Positions 8,941 through 18,000 of a DNA stretch of 25,703 bases are shown piece after piece; position 1 is the stretch's first letter; every line of letters starts with the position of its first letter. Both the position numbers and the translations under genes were made by a program. The notes beneath the pieces were generated by a model that was not told the origin of the DNA, made no database searches, and saw only the letters and a program-made list of their open reading frames with translations. The DNA comes from an archaeon (GTDB lineage Archaea; Iainarchaeota; Iainarchaeia; Iainarchaeales; 1-14-0-10-31-34), in contig JAJRVL010000006.1 in assembly GCA_024277355.1 (NCBI GenBank), positions 1 to 25,703 of the forward strand. Direction: 5' to 3'.

Positions 8941-9117
8941 TTAGCCTAAAAAACCGACAAACCTGAAAATCAATAAAATAATAAAAGCAAGTATTCCAAT
9001 AATAATTATTCCAATTCCTGTAACCTGAGACATTATTTTGTATTCCTGCGTGTCAGGTTTTTTTGATACAGTAAAAATTCTTTTAGTTGAATTAATAAAT
9101 CCTTTTAAGTCAAACAT
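8941..9117 (-). CDS. secE: Preprotein translocase subunit SecE / Sec61-gamma (58 aa; not in supplied ORF track)
   Basis: Hand translation of the minus strand gives MFDLKGFINSTKRIFTVSKKPDTQEYKIMSQVTGIGIIIIGILAFIILLIFRFVGFLG*. It has an amphipathic N-terminus with the conserved K-P pair and a single C-terminal TM helix. It lies exactly where secE sits, between ftsZ and spt5, in archaeal genomes. Confidence 0.75.
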   Translation of the reverse strand: MFDLKGFINSTKRIFTVSKKPDTQEYKIMSQVTGIGIIIIGILAFIILLIFRFVGFLG

Positions 9118-9154
9118 AATATCACTAAAAAATTAAAAAGAAAAAAGTTAAAAA

Positions 9155-10285
9155 CTAATCAGCAAACTCGATTCCTAAATCAATCATTCCATTTTCATCA
9201 ATTAAGCCTTTAACATCCCCTAAATAAGGAAATTTTCCTCCAGCAATTACAACCATTGCCTGAATCTGATTTCTTGGAAGTTCTTCGTCAATCATTGCAC
9301 CCCATATTATATGAGCATCAGCATTAATTTTTCCTACTACTGCTTCAACAATCATTTCTGCTTCTCTTAAAGTCATGTCTGTTCCGCCGACAACATTAAT
9401 TAAAGCTCTGTTTGCTTCGCTTATGTCAACATCTAATAAAGGAGAAGTCAAAGAATTTTCAACTGCTTCTAATGCACGGGAATCAGACATTTTTTCCTGA
9501 TGGCTTTCGCCTAAACCAATCATTGCTGCGCCGCCTCTTTCTAAAATTGTTCTTAAATCAGCAAAATCTAAATTAATTAATCCTGGTTTAGTTACCATTT
9601 CAGTTATTCCTTTAACTGCATTAGTTAAAACTTCATCTGCAACTTTAAATGCTGCAGCAACAGGCAAATCAGGAGCAATTTCTAAAATTTTATCGTTTGG
9701 AATTACAATTATTGTATCAGCTGCTTTTTTTAGTTTAGCTAATCCATCCATTGCATTTTCCATTCTTTTTTTTCCTTCAACAGTAAAAGGCAAAGTAACA
9801 ACTGCAATAACTAAAGCTTTTGTTTCTTTTGCAATTTCAGCAACAATTGGACTTGCACCAGTTCCTGTTCCTCCACCTAAACCACAAGTAATAAAAACTA
9901 AATCTGAATCAACAAGTAATTCTTGTAATTCATCTAATGATTCCTGTGCAGCTGCTTCTCCAACTGAAGGATTGCTTCCTGAACCTAAACCTCTTGTTAG
10001 TTCTTTTCCAATAAGCATTTTTTCGTCTGCAGTGACAGCAATTAAATCCTGTGCATCAGTGTTAACAACAAAAGTTTCAGCCCCATGAATTCCAACTTCA
10101 CTCATTCTGTCAACAGTATTACAGCCTCCGCCGCCAATTCCAATAACTCTTATTTTTGCTTTATTTGATTCAAGCAATTTAATTAATTCATCATCATGCT
10201 GACCTTTAACGGTTCTTTTTCCTTTAGGCCCTAATTTTTCACTATTCATATAATTTCTTACTGCTTTATCGACAACGTTTTTCAC
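9155..10285 (-). CDS. ftsZ: Cell division GTPase FtsZ
   Basis: 376 aa with tubulin/FtsZ signatures IGIGGGGCNTV and GLGGGTGTGASPIVAEIAKE, plus NTDAQ. GTG start 5 nt after GGAGGG. Linked to secE-spt5 as is typical in archaea. Confidence 0.95.
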   Translation of the reverse strand: MKNVVDKAVRNYMNSEKLGPKGKRTVKGQHDDELIKLLESNKAKIRVIGIGGGGCNTVDRMSEVGIHGAETFVVNTDAQDLIAVTADEKMLIGKELTRGLGSGSNPSVGEAAAQESLDELQELLVDSDLVFITCGLGGGTGTGASPIVAEIAKETKALVIAVVTLPFTVEGKKRMENAMDGLAKLKKAADTIIVIPNDKILEIAPDLPVAAAFKVADEVLTNAVKGITEMVTKPGLINLDFADLRTILERGGAAMIGLGESHQEKMSDSRALEAVENSLTSPLLDVDISEANRALINVVGGTDMTLREAEMIVEAVVGKINADAHIIWGAMIDEELPRNQIQAMVVIAGGKFPYLGDVKGLIDENGMIDLGIEFAD

Positions 10286-10396
10286 AGAATCCCTCCGAAA
10301 ACAACAATTAAAACTATACTATACTCTAAACAAAAACAATTAAAAATGGATTTTGATTTTTGCCTGTAAATTACCCCTGAAAAGTGACAAAAATAG

Positions 10397-11892
<1,496 letters not shown>

Positions 11893-11898
11893 TTATTT

Positions 11899-13212
11899 AT
11901 GTCTCTCTTAATAAAAAACGCAAAAATTCAGGAAAAAAATAAAACTTTAATTAAAAATGTTTTATGCAGAAACGGAAAAATTTATTCTATTACTAATTCT
12001 TTTCCTAAATCAGATAAAACAATTGACGCAAAAGGCAAATTACTTCTTTCAGGAGGAATAGATGTTCATGTTCATTTTAGGGAGCCTGGAATGAAATATA
12101 AAGCTGAATGGAAAACTGAAAGTAAGGCAGCAGCAGCAGGGGGCATAACTACAGTTTTTGACATGCCAAATACTTTGCCTCCAACTTTTACAGTAAAAGA
12201 ATTAAACAAGAAAAAAAATATTGCAGAGAAAAATTCTCTTGTAAATTTTGGTTTTCATTTTGGAACAGAAAAATTAAATGAAATAAAAAAAGCAAAAATT
12301 AATTCAGTTAAAATTTTCATGGGAAAAAGCACAGGAAATTTAGTGACAGAAAACAAAAAAATTAAAGAAATTTTTAAGCTTGCAAAACAAAAAAATTTAG
12401 TTTGTGTATTGCATGCAGAAGATGAAAAAATAATTGAAGAAAACATAAAGAAAGCAAAAGAAAAAAAATGGAATAATGTAAAGTTTCATAACAAAATAAG
12501 AAATGAAAAAGCAGAAATAAAAGCAATAAAAAATGCATTAAGTTTACAGAAAAAAATCGGAAACAAAATTCATTTTGCTCATGTTTCAACAGCAAAAGGA
12601 TTAAAAGAAATAATTAAATCTAAGAAAACAGGAAAAGGAAAGATTACCTGTGAAGTCTGTCCGCATCATTTGTTTTTAAATGAAAAGGATTTGAAAAGAC
12701 TTGGAAATTTTGGAAAAATGAATCCTCCTTTAAGGACAAAAAAAGACAATGAATTTTTATGGAAAAGTTTAATTCAGGGAAAAGTAGATATTGTTTCAAC
12801 AGATCATGCTCCTCACTTAAAAAAAGAAAAACAAAAAAAGTTTTTTGATGCGCCGTCAGGAGTAACCGGAGTTGAAACAGTTTATCCTTTGCTGTTAAAT
12901 AAAGTTGCAGAAAAGAAAATCAAGCTGGAAAAAGTAATTGAAGTTTTATGCGAGAATCCTGCAAGAATTTTTGGAATAAAAAACAAGGGAAAAATCAAGA
13001 AAGGATTTGATGCAGATTTAGTTTTAGTTGACTTAAACAAAAAATGGACAATAAGAAATAAAGAAATGCATTCAAAATGCAAATGGACTCCTTTTAATGG
13101 CAAAAAAATCAGTGGGAAAATTGAAACAACAATTATTGGCGGAAAAATAGTTTTTAATAAAACAAAGTTTCATAATAAATTTAAAGGAAAAAAAATTATT
13201 TTAACTAAATAA
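11899..13212 (+). CDS. pyrC: Dihydroorotase
   Basis: 437 aa with amidohydrolase metal-ligand motifs DVHVHFREPG, HAED and STDHAPH. Follows pyrB-pyrI. A T-rich tract follows the stop codon. Confidence 0.88.
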   Translation: MSLLIKNAKIQEKNKTLIKNVLCRNGKIYSITNSFPKSDKTIDAKGKLLLSGGIDVHVHFREPGMKYKAEWKTESKAAAAGGITTVFDMPNTLPPTFTVKELNKKKNIAEKNSLVNFGFHFGTEKLNEIKKAKINSVKIFMGKSTGNLVTENKKIKEIFKLAKQKNLVCVLHAEDEKIIEENIKKAKEKKWNNVKFHNKIRNEKAEIKAIKNALSLQKKIGNKIHFAHVSTAKGLKEIIKSKKTGKGKITCEVCPHHLFLNEKDLKRLGNFGKMNPPLRTKKDNEFLWKSLIQGKVDIVSTDHAPHLKKEKQKKFFDAPSGVTGVETVYPLLLNKVAEKKIKLEKVIEVLCENPARIFGIKNKGKIKKGFDADLVLVDLNKKWTIRNKEMHSKCKWTPFNGKKISGKIETTIIGGKIVFNKTKFHNKFKGKKIILTK

Positions 13213-13230
13213 ATTTCTTTTCGTTTTTTG
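13213..13230 (+). terminator. Putative oligo-T terminator after pyrC
   Basis: ATTTCTTTTCGTTTTTTG directly follows the pyrC stop. Archaeal termination commonly uses T-runs. Confidence 0.35.
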
Positions 13231-13249
13231 TCGTTGCATTCCATTTAAA
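13219..13249 (+). repeat. Direct repeat copy 1 (TTTCGTTTTTTGTCGTTGCATTCCATTTAAA)
   Basis: 28 of 31 nt identical to 14975-15005, in the same orientation. Lies between the pyrC stop and the 3' end of the lipoprotein cassette. Confidence 0.6.
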
Positions 13250-13250
13250 T

Positions 13251-13287
13251 GTTTTAGAAGAAATTAGCATCCGCATGCTTCTAAAAC
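13251..13287. terminator. Perfect 10-bp inverted repeat at the convergent pyrC / lipoprotein gene junction
   Basis: GTTTTAGAAG (13251-13260) and CTTCTAAAAC (13278-13287) flank a 17-nt loop and span the lipoprotein stop codon. This could be a bidirectional terminator hairpin, but a 10-bp AT-rich stem could also arise by chance. Confidence 0.3.
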
Positions 13288-13719
13288 TTCTTCTTTAGTC
13301 ATGTTTAATTGGTTTAGTTCTTGTTCTGTTAAATCAGCTGTACAGTTAGCACTTATTAATTTACAATAAGGAACATAATTTGTTTGACATTTGTTTTCTT
13401 CACAGCTATTATCTTCTAATATTGTTAAAGATATTCTTGATGGTTCTCCTTCAATTTTGCAGTCTGAACAGTTTTCTGTTTTCCATTGATTTATTTTTTC
13501 TGCAGATTCTTTATTTACTGATATAAAATCTGGGTTAAATAAAGAGCAACATTTTAATTGAACTACTTCACAATCTTCATCTGCTTCACAATATTTTTCT
13601 TGTGCTGTTATTTCTTCAGAATAAGCAATCAAGTCAGTATTAGGTTCATTAAACTGCAAACAACCACTAAAAAAGATTGCTAAAAATATAACTGTTATTA
13701 AAATTATTTTTTTGTTCAT
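13264..13719 (-). CDS. Cysteine-rich secreted lipoprotein (lipobox FFSGC), unknown function
   Basis: 151 aa. Signal peptide MNKKIILITVIFLAIFFSGC. The mature part contains 12 further cysteines (CC, CxxC-like spacings) and is acidic. The promoter motif TATAAAAACTTTAG (plus-strand reading) lies 22 nt from the ATG, with no SD. Confidence 0.65.
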   Translation of the reverse strand: MNKKIILITVIFLAIFFSGCLQFNEPNTDLIAYSEEITAQEKYCEADEDCEVVQLKCCSLFNPDFISVNKESAEKINQWKTENCSDCKIEGEPSRISLTILEDNSCEENKCQTNYVPYCKLISANCTADLTEQELNQLNMTKEEVLEACGC

Positions 13720-13741
13720 TGAATAAAATACACATAACTAA

Positions 13742-13755
13742 TATAAAAACTTTAG
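13742..13755 (-). promoter_or_regulatory. Putative archaeal BRE/TATA promoter of lipoprotein gene 13264-13719 (leaderless-type spacing)
   Basis: The coding strand reads CTAAAGTTTTTATA. Its proximal edge is 22 nt upstream of the ATG, with no SD in between. The same motif precedes the other two lipoprotein genes. Confidence 0.4.
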
Positions 13756-13897
13756 AGTTCAATAGCAAATCATGTTTTTTTCCTTAATCTTGACAAACCA
13801 TAAATTACAGTACTTCCTACACTGTAAGAGACAATTAAACTAAAAATGAAATTCAATAAAATCAGGATTAGTCTCATCAAATCTAAGAATATTCCAG

Positions 13898-14359
13898 CTA
13901 ATAAAATTTAGTTACAAATGCACTTACATAACAACCTATTGGTTCTCCATCATCTTTTAGTATAACTCTTGAAACATAAATGTCTAATTCTTTTGGAACT
14001 TGAATTTCTTTTTTTACTTGGAATTCGTAAACACGAATATTTCCTTTGAAAGCTTTGCATTTTTCAAAATCTTCTTTACATAATCCTTTTGATCTTTCAT
14101 CAATTCCACATTCCCAGCATATGTTTTCCCAGTTTGAATATTGTGTGGAATGAATAGAGTTTTTTTGTGTAATTTGAAAATCTGTAGTTTTAATGGAATA
14201 ATTATTAAAATTAGGAAATTTTACTTCATCTATACTATAGAAACATTCTTTTGCTTTTTCTTCTAACTCTTGCTCAGATAATTTTTGTTCTTGTATACAT
14301 CCGCTTAATAAAACTAAAAGAATTAAGCTTACTAATAAAATAATTTTTTTATTCATCAA
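13898..14359 (-). CDS. Secreted lipoprotein (lipobox LLSGC), paralog of 14500-14928
   Basis: 153 aa. Signal peptide MMNKKIILLVSLILLVLLSGC. Shares LSEQELEEKAKECFYSIDEV and a C-terminal VILKDDGEPIG block with the neighbouring gene. Confidence 0.65.
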   Translation of the reverse strand: MMNKKIILLVSLILLVLLSGCIQEQKLSEQELEEKAKECFYSIDEVKFPNFNNYSIKTTDFQITQKNSIHSTQYSNWENICWECGIDERSKGLCKEDFEKCKAFKGNIRVYEFQVKKEIQVPKELDIYVSRVILKDDGEPIGCYVSAFVTKFY

Positions 14360-14399
14360 TAAAGAATATTATTAAGTTGTATAAAAGCTTTAGGATTTG
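14245..14399 (-). repeat. Diverged tandem duplication, copy A (promoter + 5' coding region of lipoprotein gene)
   Basis: Aligns by eye over ~155 nt with 14817-14972 at roughly 70-75% identity. The aligned region covers the TATA motif, the start codon, the signal peptide and the EQEL.EKAKE.FYS block. Confidence 0.6.
14380..14393 (-). promoter_or_regulatory. Putative archaeal BRE/TATA promoter of lipoprotein gene 13898-14359
   Basis: The coding strand reads CTAAAGCTTTTATA, 20 nt upstream of the ATG, with no SD. Confidence 0.4.
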
Positions 14400-14499
14400 T
14401 TTTCAGTAAAAAATAAGACAAGCTTTTTCGTCAAGAACATAATTCTTTTTTTGAAGAAAAGACAATCAAAAAATTGGTTTATAGTATTTATTTAAATTT

Positions 14500-14928
14500 C
14501 TATTCAATGGCATGTTCTATTCCATTAATGTAACTAGCTATTAGTTCTCCATTGTTTTTTAGTATTACTTTTCCCCACATAGTTCTGTCATCCCGTTTTG
14601 TTTCTTCTTTTAGTTGAAAATTATATATATGAACTTTTTCATTTAAGGAATAAAATTCATTTTCAGTCAATAAGCATTCTTCTGGCAGGGCAAGTTCGCA
14701 ATCAAAGTCATATAAATCAAATTCTTTAGAATAAATTATTTCAGTTTTCTTTAAAACAAAATCAGAAGATTTAAAAGAAACCCCTATTATATCTACTTCA
14801 CTAAGGCTGTAAAAATATTCTTTTGCTTTTTCTTTTAGTTCTTGTTCTGTTAGTTTTTTTTGTTGAGTGCATCCACTAAACAAAATTAAAAGAATTATTC
14901 CTGTTAAGAAAAGAATTTTTTTATTCAT
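14500..14928 (-). CDS. Secreted lipoprotein (lipobox LFSGC), paralog of 13898-14359
   Basis: 142 aa. Signal peptide MNKKILFLTGIILLILFSGC. LTEQELKEKAKEYFYSLSEV and VILKNNGELIA align with the neighbouring paralog. Confidence 0.65.
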   Translation of the reverse strand: MNKKILFLTGIILLILFSGCTQQKKLTEQELKEKAKEYFYSLSEVDIIGVSFKSSDFVLKKTEIIYSKEFDLYDFDCELALPEECLLTENEFYSLNEKVHIYNFQLKEETKRDDRTMWGKVILKNNGELIASYINGIEHAIE

Positions 14929-14972
14929 TAGATAAAGAATATAATTAAGTTATATAAAAGCTTTAGGTTTAG
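14817..14972 (-). repeat. Diverged tandem duplication, copy B (promoter + 5' coding region of lipoprotein gene)
   Basis: See copy A. The start codons of the two paralogs are 569 nt apart. Confidence 0.6.
14953..14966 (-). promoter_or_regulatory. Putative archaeal BRE/TATA promoter of lipoprotein gene 14500-14928
   Basis: The coding strand reads CTAAAGCTTTTATA, 24 nt upstream of the ATG, with no SD. Confidence 0.4.
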
Positions 14973-14974
14973 TG

Positions 14975-15005
14975 TTTCGTCATTTGTCGTTGCATTCAAT
15001 TTAAA
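14975..15005 (+). repeat. Direct repeat copy 2 (TTTCGTCATTTGTCGTTGCATTCAATTTAAA)
   Basis: 28 of 31 nt identical to 13219-13249. Lies between the lipoprotein cassette promoter and the giant gene. Its ATTTAAA end sits ~50 nt upstream of the TTG start, so it may double as the TATA element of the giant gene. Confidence 0.6.
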
Positions 15006-15056
15006 ACTTTTGTGTGTCAGAAATTTTCTGGGAGAATTGAGGGGGAATAAATTACG

Positions 15057-18000
15057 TTGAAGAATAAGTTAGTTTTAATTCTATTTTTCTTGTTAATTTT
15101 TTCTATTAATGTTCAAGCTGGAATTATTAATTATTCTTTTGAAGTTCAGAATTCTGATTATAATACTGATGCTTTAGGCTGGACAGAATTTAAAACTAAT
15201 GCACTTTTTCAGGATTATAATGCTGAAACACAAGTTTGTTCTAATCAGTCAGTAACACCCTCAATATTAGCTGACACTTTTATAAGAGAATTTTCTGAAG
15301 ACGCAAGAAACGGAAATTATATATTTAAAACATTTTCTTCTGAAGTTGGAGTTTCTTTTACAAGAAATAATTATTATATAGGGGAATTAGGAATAGACAC
15401 AAATATTTGTTTTTGGATTAAAGGATGGGTTAGTGGAGGAACAGGATTTAGATTAGGGTTCTGGGATAATATGACAAACAATTATTGCAGAGTAGCAGAT
15501 ATTGGCAGTGTTGATGAAAATTGGAATTATGCTTGTGGAACATTTAAGACAGGATCATATAATGGATTTTTAACTTTAGAAAAAGAATGGCGAACTACAG
15601 GAATAGAACTTTTATGGGATGGATTTGATTCTTCTAGTTTAGGAATAAATATTCTAAAACCAACTCCAAACCAATACATAAAACAAAGAGATTTATTAAC
15701 AGTTGAATTTGAAATACAAGATAATGACTTTAATTTCCTTAATCTTAATCCTGAAGGAATACAATATAGATTAGATTTGCTTGATGATTGGAATTCAATT
15801 GAAGCAAGTGAATTTGGCATAAATAGCTTTAACACTACAGCTCCAGACGAGACAGGAGAACATATTTTAACAATAAGAGCATTGGTTAACGGAGCTTGGA
15901 TTCATGGAAGCACAAAATATTTAGTTTCTCCTCAAAAAATAGACTTAAAAATAAATTTCATTAAAGCTATTCAAGTAATAGAAGATGTAAACTTAGTTTC
16001 AGGGAAAGCAACTGCTGTAAAAGTTGGAGTGAACAACACAAATAACGCAGAAGAGGATCAGAATGTTACAGTAGAACTAACATTTAACGGACAAGAATAC
16101 CCATTAACTGAAGAATTTTATGGAGACTATAACTTCATATTCTATGTAAATAATCCATTTGAAATAGAAGATGCAACAGTAGTATTTTACTTAACTGCGA
16201 AAATAGATCCACAAAACAATTATGAAGAAAATGATGAAAACAACAATTCATTAGTGCAAGAAGTAATAGTAAAAAGAACTAGTGATTTAAATGTGTTATT
16301 TATTGCATTTGATTATGGACAAGATCTGGATTCATTTGAAAAAATTGTTGCACAATCAATAGAATTCTTGGAAGCAACTTATCCAATAATGAACTATGAT
16401 TATTATCTGGTTAATTATACAGGTAATTTAAATCTTGACCAGAACTATAATAAAATTTTATTTCGGCTAATGAAAGAAATTAAATTAATTGGGGAAGATG
16501 TTAATAAGAATAAGTTTAAGGCATTTAGATTTGTAGGAGTTGTTCCTAATGGATGGCATGTTGATCATAATGAATTTGAATCAAAAGGAGCAACACCTTG
16601 CAAAAAAGATACAATTCCTTTGGAATGTAAACCATACTTTTTGATAGAAGATGGTAATCGTTCTGTTTTAGCTCATGAGATAGGTCACACTTATGGGTTA
16701 AATGAAGAGTATGAGTTAAAGCTTAACGAACCCAATCCAAGTCCTACTGATTGTGGCATTACTTTTTGTTCTAATTATCAACAAAAATATATTGATAAAA
16801 ATTGGTGCTTAGGAAGTGTTGTCACCAATGGAATTTGGGTTAATGAAAAGAAAGTTTTTGTAAATCAGGATCTTAACATTTGTAATTATTCAAATCCTTA
16901 TTCTTATATGGGGACTGCTTTATATTCCCCGCCAGATAGATGGACTACTTTTAATGAATATGATTATTTATCTGAGAAGTTATATTTAGGGGGTCAATTT
17001 GGTAAGAGTAATAACCAAGATTTAAATATTTTATTTGTTAAGGGTTTTGTTGATAAGAATTTAAATGTAGAGTTGGATCATTTATATAAGATTGATAGAA
17101 CTGAAGAATTTGGGTCAAGTGATGGAAACTGTTTAATTAGGACATTGGATTCTAATGTATCAATAATAAATGACTATAATTTTTCAGTAAACTTTGATCT
17201 TTTTAGCGAAGGAATAAACACAATTGATTATTCCCCTTTTGTTTTGGGAATTAATTTTAATGAAAACTTGAATTCAGTTCAAGTGATTTGTAACGGTGAA
17301 CTGAAAACAGAAAGAAGCATTTCACAAAATGCTCCGACAGTATCTATTAGTTTCCCTAAAACAGGAGATATCTGGACTGACACAAATACACTAAGTTGGA
17401 CATCAGATGATTTAGATGGAGATGAATTATCTTTTGCTCTTTATTATAGTGCTGACAATGGTTCAATTTGGATTCCAATACAATCAGATGTCAATGATTT
17501 AAGTTATTCTTTTCCTTCATGGATAGTTGAAGGAACAAATCAATTTAAGTTTAAAGTGATTGCATCTGATGGAATACTTTCAAGTGAAAGCATTTCAGAT
17601 ACTTTCACAGTTGCAAATGCAGATATTAATGTTACGCCAAATGAAAAGAATTTTGGAACAATTAATAATTTGCAGAATGTTTCTCAAGACTTTAATATTG
17701 TTAATTCTGGTAATGCTGACTTAAATGTGTTTGATGAAAATCATTCAGGTAATTTAAGTTTAACTGGATTGAGTTTGCCTATTGTTTTACAGCCAGGAGA
17801 AAACCATGTTTTTAGTGTAGAATTGAATGTTTTAGGCATGAGTTTAGGAGAATTCACTGAAGACATTGCTTTGGGTTCAAATGATCCAAATCAAATAGTT
17901 AAAAGAATTAAAGTTTATGGAGTAATTGAACAAGCTAAACCTGACTTTACTATTAAAGCAGATAACATTACTTTTAATCCTGTTTATCCTGAACAAGATG

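Noticed and set aside
13720-13897. 178-nt gene-free spacer between two lipoprotein genes, examined for a tRNA, sRNA or small ORF
   Set aside because: It is AT-rich with no cloverleaf-capable GC stems. It contains only a 21-codon ORF without signals. It most simply holds the promoter of one gene and the 3' region of the next.
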